In this document: positions 45,025-54,089 of the stretch, piece after piece
Layout: each line of letters starts with the position of its first letter
Numbering within the stretch: the first letter of the stretch is position 1
NCBI GenBank assembly: GCA_965204815.1
Contig: OZ242014.1
Coordinates: forward strand, 3,112,532 to 3,176,531
Source: Dehalococcoidia bacterium
GTDB lineage: Bacteria > Chloroflexota > Dehalococcoidia > Lucifugimonadales > CATOSD01
Length of the DNA: 64,000 nucleotides
Direction of reading: 5' to 3'
The notes under the pieces: generated by a model
The model's database searches: none
Seen by the model: the letters and a program-made list of their open reading frames with translations, nothing else
Told to the model about the DNA's origin: nothing
Translations under genes and position numbers: made by a program

Positions 45025-45681
45025 CTACTGTGGTCTATCGGCCTGTATCTCGGCCGATTTCAGGATGAAGTGGTCACCGCTCTTCAGGGGCAGCGTGAAC
45101 CCTACGCCTTCCAGTAGCACGATGTCTCTCGCGCCCTTAGTGTACCGGGTTCCTCCGGTGTTGTCCGTGCAGTTGCCGTTGAAGCAAATCCTTGCCTCGG
45201 TTGTGGCGGCTACGCCGGCAATCCCGGAGCCGTATGGGTGCGTGGCCGGGCCGTATGCGTATGAGAATACCCCTTGTGGCAAGAGCACACCCTGGCCGAC
45301 TGTGCTTGAATCGGTCGAGCCTGTCATGGCGTCGTACTCGGTCAGCACGTTGCCTTTGAGCGTTTGGTACGAACCCGTGTCGCTGCCCTCGCCGTATCTG
45401 CCGAGGTCGAGCGTGGGCGATTCTATGATGGTTTCGGTCCAATCGGTCTGCGAGCGGTACTCGAGCCTCCGGGTCTCCTTGTAGCTCGGAATGGACTGGT
45501 CACCGACGCTCACCGACGCGCCGTAGACCTCGTAGGTGAGCGTCATGGGCGGGTAAGGTTCGGGCAGGTTCGGCCCCGTGTTGCCGGTGAAGGCCAGCGC
45601 GAAGGCCGTCACCACCGCCCCCATCACCACCGCGACGGACGCAACGGCGATTCTCTTGTGGGCTGCAATCTTTCGTACCAT
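45025..45681 (-). CDS. hypothetical membrane-anchored/secreted protein
   Basis: 218 aa with an N-terminal hydrophobic helix (IAVASVAVVMGAVVTAFALAF). Lower-GC region. No motif recognised. Confidence 0.45.
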   Translation of the reverse strand: MVRKIAAHKRIAVASVAVVMGAVVTAFALAFTGNTGPNLPEPYPPMTLTYEVYGASVSVGDQSIPSYKETRRLEYRSQTDWTETIIESPTLDLGRYGEGSDTGSYQTLKGNVLTEYDAMTGSTDSSTVGQGVLLPQGVFSYAYGPATHPYGSGIAGVAATTEARICFNGNCTDNTGGTRYTKGARDIVLLEGVGFTLPLKSGDHFILKSAEIQADRPQ

Positions 45682-46567
45682 CGTCTTGCTCCTCTCTCTG
45701 GTGTGTTCCCGATCAGCCGCATCGTGCGTTGTTCGGGCTCACTCCAGAAAGTGCTTGTTCCATCGGCCTCCCTGTTCGACCCAATCCCAATCGTCGGGGT
45801 CGCCGAACATGACGTACTTCCTGAACTTCAGGCGTTGCTTGACCAACGCGCCGCCCGTAAGCGCCACGTCCTGGTCGAGCGTGTGAAAGGCGAGACGATT
45901 GAGGGCTCCTGTGCCACGCCAACTGGACGCGCCCTCGGTCCTGACCCTGACCTACTTGCTGCCTGTCCACCTGATGTACCGCGTTTCTTCGTGTCGCCAC
46001 TCTCCACAGCAGTCGTAATCGCCGTCAGCAGGATGCTTTCTGCCGCCATAGCGGACCCGCTCGACGTTGGCGACGAACGGGTGGTCTGCTTGACGTAGTA
46101 GACCTTGCTCTGGTGCGAGGCGGCGGTCTTGTCGTCGTCCAAGTCGTACTGGCGCTTCGGGCCGTTCGACAGCGCGAACGCCGCGCCCACCAGCACCGAC
46201 TTTCTCCGGTCGCCAGGCGTCTCCCCGCGCCGGAAATTGTGTCTATAACGCCTATAGACAAACCCAGAGTAACACAAATGCTTGTGATGTACAGCACAAT
46301 CGTTCGTGGCGAATCGCACAAAGAAAACCCCCGATACCGGAGAGCATAGGGGGCGAATGTGCGTGGTGTGGACGCGAGGGGAGGAGACTCAGCTAGTTAG
46401 CACGTGCCTTGCGTATGATCTCGCGCGTCTCCTCGATTATGGCTTGGATTTCTTCTACGGACATGCCTCGGCTTTTGGCGACCCGCTCTATGGCAGAGAG
46501 GGTTGCGGTTTCGCCTTCCTGCCGTCCTTCTCGGTGGCCTCGAATCCCCTTGCGATCGACAAAACGC

Positions 46568-46597
46568 TTGACAAGAACGCGCGTACTGTTCTATTAT
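46568..46597 (+). promoter_or_regulatory. near-consensus sigma70 promoter
   Basis: TTGACA (46568-46573), 18 nt spacer, TATTAT (46592-46597). An AAAGGAG RBS lies 7 nt before the ATG at 46650. Confidence 0.5.
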
Positions 46598-46607
46598 GTT
46601 CTGTATA

Positions 46608-46621
46608 CGAACAGACGTTTG
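46608..46621 (+). promoter_or_regulatory. Cheo-box-like (LexA-type) operator candidate
   Basis: CGAACAGACGTTTG matches 13/14 of CGAACRNRYGTTYC. It lies 11-24 nt downstream of the -10 hexamer. Confidence 0.35.
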
Positions 46622-46649
46622 ACGGCAGAGACCTGGAAAGGAGCTCGGC

Positions 46650-46916
46650 ATGGCGGCACAGAGTCACGGAACAGCAACCCCTCAACTCTCCTTGCCCGGC
46701 ATGGTCGTAGCCGAGCGGCAGCCGGTTGCGCTGCACTGCGGCAGCGTCACCCCCGGGCAGCAGGTGCAGTACGTGGGCAGGGTGAGCGGCGGGCCGCGCT
46801 TTCTCTCGCGCGGCGTGGTGAAGCAGACGCTCCAGCGCAAGGCCATCGTGGATCTGGGCCACGGCGGCACGTGGCACATCCCGTACTACTTCCTGGAGAT
46901 GCCGGAGGCGGCGTAG
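46650..46916 (+). CDS. hypothetical small protein
   Basis: 88 aa with a strong promoter and RBS upstream. No motif recognised. Confidence 0.5.
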   Translation: MAAQSHGTATPQLSLPGMVVAERQPVALHCGSVTPGQQVQYVGRVSGGPRFLSRGVVKQTLQRKAIVDLGHGGTWHIPYYFLEMPEAA

Positions 46917-46934
46917 CGCGGGCGGGCACGGAAG

Positions 46935-47810
46935 CTAGCCGAAGAAGCCGTCCCTGTAGTGCTGCGCGATAACGCCCGCCACCAACTCCGGACGCTGAAG
47001 CGGCACGTCGTGGATGCTGTCTTCGAGCCATACGGTCTTGCTTGCCGGTAGCCGCGAAACGGCCTTCGCCACCGATTCCTCCCGCCGGAACCGCCGCGCG
47101 CCGGGCGACTGGTCGCCCTTGCGCCGGGCGGGCATGATGAGCACAGGCTGGCGGACGCGGGCGTACAGCTCGGACGGCCTGTGCTCCCACAGCGCGTCGA
47201 TTATGCGCATGTGGTTTTCGCGACTCAGCCTGGCGCGAATGGTGCCGTCGTCCAGCGTCCGAAAGTTGGCCAGCAGCGTGCCCTCCAACTGCTCGTTCAT
47301 CGCGCCGAGCCAACCGCGGTTGCGGGCGCGCTCCAGCAGCGCGTCCGGGGTCATCCCCTCGAACGACGGCGGGGCCATATCCCGCCTGGCCTCTTCCAGG
47401 GTCGCGCCGGGCCTTCCCGAAATCTCGATCATTCCGCCGTCCACCCAGCAGAGTCCCATCGGCACGTCGGGATAATGCACCGCGAACTCCAGCGCGACGC
47501 TGCCGCCCCAGGAGTGGCCCACCACGAGGGGCCGGTCTATTCCCATCTGGCGCACGAACTCCCGCAGGTCCTTACTGACGGTGGCGAAGTCGTAGCCCTG
47601 GTCGGGCTTGTCGGTCAGGCCGTGGCCGCGCTGGTCGAGGGCGACTACGGTGAAGTGCTCGGCGAGGATGGGCGCGACGAGATCCCAGATGCGGCACGTA
47701 GAAGCCAGGCCGTGAAGGAGCACCAGCGGCTGGCCGCTACCGCCCCAGTCGCGGTAGTGCATGCGCAGCCCGTTGGCCGTGACGTGCCTGTCCTTCGCGT
47801 GGGGCGCCAT
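46935..47810 (-). CDS. alpha/beta-fold hydrolase
   Basis: 291 aa with HGLAST, the nucleophile elbow VVGHSWGG, and a C-terminal His (IHDVP). ATG at 47810 inside a longer composite track ORF. Confidence 0.85.
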   Translation of the reverse strand: MAPHAKDRHVTANGLRMHYRDWGGSGQPLVLLHGLASTCRIWDLVAPILAEHFTVVALDQRGHGLTDKPDQGYDFATVSKDLREFVRQMGIDRPLVVGHSWGGSVALEFAVHYPDVPMGLCWVDGGMIEISGRPGATLEEARRDMAPPSFEGMTPDALLERARNRGWLGAMNEQLEGTLLANFRTLDDGTIRARLSRENHMRIIDALWEHRPSELYARVRQPVLIMPARRKGDQSPGARRFRREESVAKAVSRLPASKTVWLEDSIHDVPLQRPELVAGVIAQHYRDGFFG

Positions 47811-47815
47811 CGCCG

Positions 47816-48706
47816 CTATGAGACCTCGCCGCCGTCGCGGGCGTCCCGCTGGCTCTTGAGGAACTGCTCCAGGTCCTCTACGAGCACGTCGGGACTGGGC
47901 AGATCCTCCGGCTCGGCATGCGCGGCATCGTATCGCCGTTCCAGCCGGCGCACGTAGGCGGACAGGTCGTTGTCCTTCGCCACCACGCGCGAGAGCTCGT
48001 CCCCGAACGTCTCGCCCGCGCCGCGTATCTCCTCCAGGTCGGCGTCGAAGCTCACGAGGCTGTGCAGCTTGGCAAGCAGCGCGTGGCTGAGTATGGGGTT
48101 GGGCGATCGGTTGGCGTAGTGCGGCACGTGGCCCCAGATGCTGGCGTGGGGCAGCCCGTTCGCGTCGCAGGCGGCCAGGAACGCGGTGTGAATACCGGTA
48201 GGCCCCTGGTAGGCGGAGTTTCTTATTCCCAGCCACTCGGCCTTCTGGGTCAGGCCGGGCCGGCTCGCCCTTCCCGACACGCGCGGCGGCCTGGTGTGGG
48301 GCACCGCGTCCAGCAGCGCCCCCAGCGTCACCACGAGTTCCACGCCGTGCTGCCTGGCGACGCCGGTGAGGATGCCGGAGAAGCGGCGCCAGCGCAGGTT
48401 CGGCTCCGTGCCGACGTAGAGTAGCAGGCCGCCGGTCTCGCCGCCGGAGTCGGCGTGGTAGAAGTCGTTGCGGGGCCAGCGGATGGTGCGCTCGCCGCGG
48501 CTGTTCACGCGAGTTCGGGGCCTGGTGAGTGTGAAATCGTAAAACTCTTCGGGGTCGATCTCGGCGAACTTCCTCGCGCCCAGCTTTCGCACCAGGTAAC
48601 GCAGCGCGCGCGTCGCCGCCTCGGCCGCGTCGGGCCAGCCGGCGAACGCCGCGACCATGATGCGCAGCGGCTCCGGCGGCGAATCGTGAACAATCAAGCC
48701 GTCCAA
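47816..48706 (-). CDS. PAC2 (proteasome assembly chaperone-like) family protein
   Basis: 296 aa with AFAGWPDAAEAAT ... LLYVGTEPNLRW ... blocks typical of bacterial PAC2 proteins. Confidence 0.7.
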   Translation of the reverse strand: MDGLIVHDSPPEPLRIMVAAFAGWPDAAEAATRALRYLVRKLGARKFAEIDPEEFYDFTLTRPRTRVNSRGERTIRWPRNDFYHADSGGETGGLLLYVGTEPNLRWRRFSGILTGVARQHGVELVVTLGALLDAVPHTRPPRVSGRASRPGLTQKAEWLGIRNSAYQGPTGIHTAFLAACDANGLPHASIWGHVPHYANRSPNPILSHALLAKLHSLVSFDADLEEIRGAGETFGDELSRVVAKDNDLSAYVRRLERRYDAAHAEPEDLPSPDVLVEDLEQFLKSQRDARDGGEVS

Positions 48707-48850
48707 GCGGTCCCTCCATTAGCTCTCGTGCGGCTGTTGGAGTTTACCACCCGCCGAAAGGCGGTGCCAAATCCGGGTATGGGGCGTGCTATACTGCGCG
48801 TCCGGGCCGCGCGCCGTTCGCGCGGGATGAACTGACGCCAGCAAGCGACC

Positions 48851-50008
48851 ATGGCGGTACAGCCGATGTTCGAAGAAGTTACTCTCGCCGCGGTCACGGC
48901 CACGCGGCACTCGGAGTGGACATTTGCGGAACTCCGCGACGCCGATGGCATCTCGGCGCTCGTCGAGCTGACGTGCGGAGCGGAGACGACGCGGGCGGTC
49001 TCCCTGCTCGCGGACTTGGTGTCCGCCCTCGCCGGCCGCGACGACGTCGACGAGACGACCCCGGACGCCGCGCTCGGCCTGGACAGCACCCGGATAGCTG
49101 GTGACCGCGCTCTCGCGGCCGCCGTCAGCGCGCTCAGGTCGGCCATCGTCATTGCGCGCGCCGCTAGGGAGGGCGTGAGCCTGCGCCGGGCGTTGGGCGG
49201 CGAGCAGGACGCGCGGAGCGTCCCGCTGTACGCCAACGTCAACCGCGGGCTGTTTGGCACGCCACGCGCGCCGTCCGACTTCGCTGCGGCGGCGGAGCGT
49301 GCTGTCCGCGAGGGTTTCGACACCGTGAAGTGCGCTCCGTTCGACGAGGTATCCCCTCCGTCGTCGCCCGACCGCATCCTTGACCTGGCGCGGCCCGGGC
49401 TGGATCGCGTGGCCGCCGTGCGGGAGGCCGTGGGCCCGGGCGTAACGGTGCTGGTGGACTGCCACAGCCGGTTCGAGGAGAGCACCGCCCCCATCGTGGC
49501 AGATCAGTTGGCGGCGCTGGACGTCGGTTGGTTCGAGGAGCCTGTCGAGCCGACCAGGGATGCGGAAGCGCTGGCGAGGATAGCACGCGCGGTGACCATG
49601 CCGGTCGCCGGCGGCGAGAGCGGCTACGGCGTGGGCTTCTTCAGCGACCTTGCGGCCACCGGCGCGGTGGAGGTGGCGATGCCGGACGTGAAGTACTGTG
49701 GCGGAGTGGCCGCGGCGTATGAAGCGGGCCTGCGTGTGGCCGCGTTCGGCGGGCGCGTGTCCCTGCACAGCCCGTCCGGGCCGGTGGCGCATCTCGCGGG
49801 TGGGCACGTCACGGCAGCCCTGGCCGGCGGGGGCGAGGTCGCGACGCCGCTGGAGTACGCGGCGCACGAGGCCGAGTGGCGGCCGGAGGTGCTGAGTCCG
49901 CCGGAGCGCATCGAGGGCGGGCGGCTCGTGCTGCCAGAGGGTCCGGGCCTGGGAGCGACCTTGGACTGGGACGAGGTGCGACGACGCGGGCGGGTGTGGT
50001 CCGCATAG
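48851..50008 (+). CDS. enolase-superfamily enzyme (mandelate racemase/muconate lactonizing family)
   Basis: FDTVKCAPF, VDCHSRF, WFEEP and AGGES metal-ligand and catalytic block pattern. Confidence 0.8.
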   Translation: MAVQPMFEEVTLAAVTATRHSEWTFAELRDADGISALVELTCGAETTRAVSLLADLVSALAGRDDVDETTPDAALGLDSTRIAGDRALAAAVSALRSAIVIARAAREGVSLRRALGGEQDARSVPLYANVNRGLFGTPRAPSDFAAAAERAVREGFDTVKCAPFDEVSPPSSPDRILDLARPGLDRVAAVREAVGPGVTVLVDCHSRFEESTAPIVADQLAALDVGWFEEPVEPTRDAEALARIARAVTMPVAGGESGYGVGFFSDLAATGAVEVAMPDVKYCGGVAAAYEAGLRVAAFGGRVSLHSPSGPVAHLAGGHVTAALAGGGEVATPLEYAAHEAEWRPEVLSPPERIEGGRLVLPEGPGLGATLDWDEVRRRGRVWSA

Positions 50009-50079
50009 CGGCGGTCCGACGACGGGAATTTCGACGGGCCTGCCTGAAGAGAACGGAACTTAGAGACCGGGAGGGAATC

Positions 50080-50664
50080 ATGAAACTCACCATCGACAAG
50101 GCCGTGAGGCTGGGCGTAATCGAAGACCTGCCCTATGCGACGACGATAAAGGACAATGAGCTGCGGGATCTCGTCTACGACGCCTGGGCGATGTCTCTCT
50201 CGTCGAGCGGCTTCGAGAGGATAAACGACATGCCGTGCTCGGGCGGCCCGGGAGGGCCGGAGCTGAAGGGACGCGGCCAAGCGGCGCATCTCAACGGAGT
50301 AGCCCGCATCGGAGTGTCCATAGCGCGGGGGCTTACAGACGAGGTGGGCCATTTCCGCGTGGACCTGGACGAGGTGATCGCCGGGGGCCTGTGCCACGAC
50401 CTGGGCAAAGCGTGGGAGTACGACCCCGAGAACATCGCCAGGTGGAGCGACGCCCGCATCACGGGCGCGCCGTCCATGCGTCACCCGGTGTTCGGCGTGT
50501 TCGTGGCGCTAACCGCCGGCCTGCCCGAACAGATAGCGCACATCGCGGGCGCGCACTCGGCGGAGGGGCTGAACGTGACGCGGAGCCTCGCCGGCGAGAT
50601 TATCGCCATAGCCGACGAGACGTTCTGGAAGGTGCTCGCGAGCGGCGGCCTGCTGGAAGGCTAG
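50080..50664 (+). CDS. HD-domain protein
   Basis: 194 aa with AAHLNGVA ... GGLCHDLGK. A GGGAGGGAA RBS precedes the ATG at 50080. Confidence 0.6.
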   Translation: MKLTIDKAVRLGVIEDLPYATTIKDNELRDLVYDAWAMSLSSSGFERINDMPCSGGPGGPELKGRGQAAHLNGVARIGVSIARGLTDEVGHFRVDLDEVIAGGLCHDLGKAWEYDPENIARWSDARITGAPSMRHPVFGVFVALTAGLPEQIAHIAGAHSAEGLNVTRSLAGEIIAIADETFWKVLASGGLLEG

Positions 50665-50690
50665 TCCAGCCTTTCTCGTGCGCCCGCTCC

Positions 50691-52049
50691 CTACTTGCCG
50701 CCCAGCATGTTGTAGGCCAGCGCGATCATGATCTTGGTGCCGCTCACGAGGCTCTTGATGCCCACAGACTCGTCGGTGCCGTGCGCCTTGCTCAGCATGG
50801 GGTCGTCGTCGGGGTGGGAGCCGGAGAAGCCGTAGGTCGTGACGCCCAGCGGTCGCGTGAACCGCGAGTCGGTGAATCCGTTGCTGATGGCAGGCACCCA
50901 CTGGATGTCGGAGCGCTGCAGCGCCAGAGCCGTCGCCTCCTGTATGTTGTCGGCCAGCTCGGACTCGAACGGCGACGAGTTGGGCACCGCCATGTAATCG
51001 ATCTCGTAGGACACGCCGGGGATGCCGCTCAGGATCGTGTCCAGTTCCTGGCGCAGGTAGGCGTCGTCCTGGTGCGGCAACGTCCGGACGTCGCAGGTGA
51101 GCCGGATGGTCTCGGGCACGCTGTTCGACTTGATGCCGCCATTGATCATCGTAGGCGTGAGGGTCATGCGAGACAGCGCGCGCAGCATTGACGCGAAGCG
51201 CGGGTTGTCGTCCTGCACCTCTTCGATTATCTCGTCCACGTTCTGCGGCGAGGGCTTGTGCTCGATGGCGAAGGTGGAGAGGTGGTCGAACAGCACCGTG
51301 GAGGTGTCGCGCTGCGGCTCGTACGACTCGATGCGTGAGAGCACCTGGCCCAGCCTGTAGAGCGCGTTGGTGCCCTGCCACGGCACGGATGCGTGCGAGC
51401 TGACGCCTTTCACGTCGATCTCCACCTGCAGGCGTCCCTTCTCGCCCACGCCGAGCACATAGGTCAGGTTGCCCGCGGCCTCTATGGGCGTGCCGCCGCC
51501 CTCGTTCACGGCGAACGGGGCGTATATTTTCTCGGGGTGGTGCTCGGCGAGCCAGCCGAAGCCGTAGCGCCCGCCGTGCTCCTCGTCGGCGCCGGACACG
51601 AGAATCAGGCTGTCGTCGAACTGGACGCCGTTTCGCTTGAGCAGCCGCATGGCGTAGAGCTGCGCCGTGAGCAGGCCCTTGCAGTCCGACGCGCCGCGCC
51701 CGTAGACGCGGTCGTCGGCCACGGTGGCGCTGAACGGCTCGAAGCGCCACTTGTCCCAGTCCTCCACCGGCACGACGTCGGTGTGCGACATGAACGACAG
51801 GCCGGCGTTGCCGGAAGCGCCCTCGATCCGGGCGATGATGTTGCCACGGTTGGGCGCGGATTCCAGTATCTCGGACGGGATGCCGTCCTCGGCCAGCCAG
51901 TCGCGGGCGTATTCGCACACGGGCGTCTCGTCCCCGGTGGGCATGAAGCCAGTGTTGACGGACGGAATGCGGACCAGCGCCTGTTCCAGCGCGACGATGT
52001 TGTCGGTCTCGGCGTCGACCTGTGCGAGCAGTTCTTCCAGGCTGGGCAT
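50691..52049 (-). CDS. M20-family metallopeptidase (ArgE/DapE/CPG2-like)
   Basis: SHTDVVPV, GRGASDCKG and GADEEHGG metal-ligand blocks. Confidence 0.85.
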   Translation of the reverse strand: MPSLEELLAQVDAETDNIVALEQALVRIPSVNTGFMPTGDETPVCEYARDWLAEDGIPSEILESAPNRGNIIARIEGASGNAGLSFMSHTDVVPVEDWDKWRFEPFSATVADDRVYGRGASDCKGLLTAQLYAMRLLKRNGVQFDDSLILVSGADEEHGGRYGFGWLAEHHPEKIYAPFAVNEGGGTPIEAAGNLTYVLGVGEKGRLQVEIDVKGVSSHASVPWQGTNALYRLGQVLSRIESYEPQRDTSTVLFDHLSTFAIEHKPSPQNVDEIIEEVQDDNPRFASMLRALSRMTLTPTMINGGIKSNSVPETIRLTCDVRTLPHQDDAYLRQELDTILSGIPGVSYEIDYMAVPNSSPFESELADNIQEATALALQRSDIQWVPAISNGFTDSRFTRPLGVTTYGFSGSHPDDDPMLSKAHGTDESVGIKSLVSGTKIMIALAYNMLGGK

Positions 52050-52106
52050 TGCGAAATCCTCCTGTGTGGCAGTGGGCCGTGACCGGGGCAGCGGCCAGGT
52101 CTGAGT

Positions 52107-52634
52107 TTACTCATCGAGGTGGGCGGCCATCAGCAGCACGGCGATGCTCTTGGCGTCCCGAATGCGGCCGTCCCGGATCATGTCGGGAATCTCGGACATG
52201 GGGTATCGCTCGACCTCGATGTCCTCGTCGTAGTCCATCTCTAGCCGGCTCGGAGACAGGTCCCGGGCGACGTAGGCGTACATGTACTCGGAGCAGAAGC
52301 CGGGGCTGGTCCAGAAGCCGCCGAGTGAGCGCAGGTCCCCGGAGCGGTAACCCGTCTCCTCCTGGAGCTCCCTCTGAGCGCAGTAGTCCGGGTCCTCGCC
52401 CGGCTCCACGATGCCCGCGGGCGCTTCAAGCAGCGCCTCCTCCACAGGATAGCGGTACTGGCGCACCAGCACCACGCTGCCGTCGGCGTCGATGGGCGCA
52501 ATCACCACTGCGGGCGCGTGATCGGCGACCTCCCGCACGGCCTCGCGGCCGTTGTCCAGCCGCACCTCGTCCACGCGCACCTGGATGACGTGGCCCTCGA
52601 ACACCCTCTTGGAACTCAGTCTGGTCTCTCTCAT
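52107..52634 (-). CDS. NUDIX hydrolase (ADP-ribose pyrophosphatase-like)
   Basis: Nudix box GIVEPGEDPDYCAQRELQEETG. An alternative upstream ATG lies at 52685. Confidence 0.85.
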   Translation of the reverse strand: MRETRLSSKRVFEGHVIQVRVDEVRLDNGREAVREVADHAPAVVIAPIDADGSVVLVRQYRYPVEEALLEAPAGIVEPGEDPDYCAQRELQEETGYRSGDLRSLGGFWTSPGFCSEYMYAYVARDLSPSRLEMDYDEDIEVERYPMSEIPDMIRDGRIRDAKSIAVLLMAAHLDE

Positions 52635-52697
52635 AGGTCTCTCTTGGCGGCTCTCTCGCCGGTGTACAGACGGTGGCCTCAACACGGCAGGCGTCTG

Positions 52698-53126
52698 CTA
52701 GTCAGACGGAGACGGCTCATGCTGGTGCGTCTGCTGCTGCAGCACACTGTTAACGCCCTCCAGCCGCGCCTGCTCGCGCTCGCTGTCGCTGAGCCGCTGG
52801 CCCAGTACCTGGGCCATGGCATCGAGGCGTCGGATATCCTCGCGGTGGTTTCGCTCAGACTGTTCGAGTTGGGCTGTTGCGTTGGCCTCAGACCGCTGGA
52901 TCTGCGCATCCATCCTGTTCTCGAGTCGCTGGGCGGTGTCCGCAATCAGCTTGCTCTGCGCGTCAAACTTGGAATCGAACAGTTGGTACATTGCGTCCAT
53001 CCGCTGGTTCAAGCTGTCGTACTTGCTTCCTTGAACTAGCCCCTGCCAAACCAGGACGACGATTCCAATGAGTACAGAAACTGCTATTGCAACCAGTGCT
53101 ACCACATCCGCGTCCAACACCATCAC
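52698..53126 (-). CDS. membrane-anchored coiled-coil protein, hypothetical
   Basis: 142 aa with an N-terminal TM helix followed by a heptad-like Q/E/R-rich sequence. Confidence 0.5.
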   Translation of the reverse strand: MMVLDADVVALVAIAVSVLIGIVVLVWQGLVQGSKYDSLNQRMDAMYQLFDSKFDAQSKLIADTAQRLENRMDAQIQRSEANATAQLEQSERNHREDIRRLDAMAQVLGQRLSDSEREQARLEGVNSVLQQQTHQHEPSPSD

Positions 53127-53212
53127 CCCCTCAGTCCGGAGAATTCCTGCGGCATGTATCGCATTATACTCTATGCTCTCATGCTCAGGGCGCCACGCCC
53201 TTCACCCGTCGT

Positions 53213-54088
53213 TCAGGCGCCGCTCGTCTGCTGGCCGGAGCGGTATACCAGCCCCAGCCGCTGGGTGAGCGTGGTGTAGAAGGCGCTGGGCGGATTGGCG
53301 CGGAGGAAGCGCGCTGTCTGCGGGCTGCGCGTCACGCGGACTCGGTCGTGAGGGCCGATCTTCGCGTCCACGAAACCGTCCGGTATCACGGTCGCGCCGC
53401 TGCGGTTGGCGGGGCGCAGCTCCACCACGGAGTCGTCGGGCACCACGAGGCCGTCGCGTAGGCCGGTGTGGGCCGCCACCGGCTGGATGAGCATAACGCG
53501 CGCCTCGGGGAAGAGGATGGGCCCGCCCGCGGCGAGCGCGTAGCCGGTGCTGCCGGTGGCCGTGGACACGATCACCGCATCGGCGCGGAAGCTGGTGAGT
53601 GGCACGCCGTCTATCTCGGTCTGGATGTCCAGCAGGCTGGACACGTCGGCGCCGCCCACCACCACGTCGTTGAGCGCGTGCACCGTCAGGCGCGGCGAGG
53701 TGTCGCCCGCGGCGGTGACCGACGCCTCCAGCATCATGCGCTCCTCGATGCGCGCGTGGCCGCCGATGTAGAAGGGCAGCCGGGTGATGGCGTCCTCCAC
53801 CCTGAGCTCGGTCATGAACCCGACGCGGCCCATGTTGACACCCACGATGGGGATGGTGTGCGGCGCGATAGCGCGCACGGTGCGCAGGATGGTGCCGTCG
53901 CCGCCCGCGATGACCAGCAGCCCGGTCGATTCGAGCCTGTCGCGCACTTCGTCGATCTCGTCGGCGGCGCTCTTCCAGTGGCGGTCCACAAGCCTCAGCC
54001 CGGCGACCAGCGACTCCAGGAACGCTGGCGCCTGGGGGGCCTGCCGGTTGTAGACCATGCCGATGAGGCCGTCGGCGGCCATGCTCAT
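53213..54088 (-). CDS. nadK: NAD kinase
   Basis: GGDGTILR motif and a conserved C-terminal half. Confidence 0.9.
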   Translation of the reverse strand: MSMAADGLIGMVYNRQAPQAPAFLESLVAGLRLVDRHWKSAADEIDEVRDRLESTGLLVIAGGDGTILRTVRAIAPHTIPIVGVNMGRVGFMTELRVEDAITRLPFYIGGHARIEERMMLEASVTAAGDTSPRLTVHALNDVVVGGADVSSLLDIQTEIDGVPLTSFRADAVIVSTATGSTGYALAAGGPILFPEARVMLIQPVAAHTGLRDGLVVPDDSVVELRPANRSGATVIPDGFVDAKIGPHDRVRVTRSPQTARFLRANPPSAFYTTLTQRLGLVYRSGQQTSGA

Positions 54089-54089
54089 G

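Noticed and set aside
44821-45117. Plus-strand 98-aa ORF overlapping the 3' end of the 45025-45681 gene.
   Set aside because: It has no RBS or promoter signal, spans a terminator-like hairpin, and has no recognisable motif.
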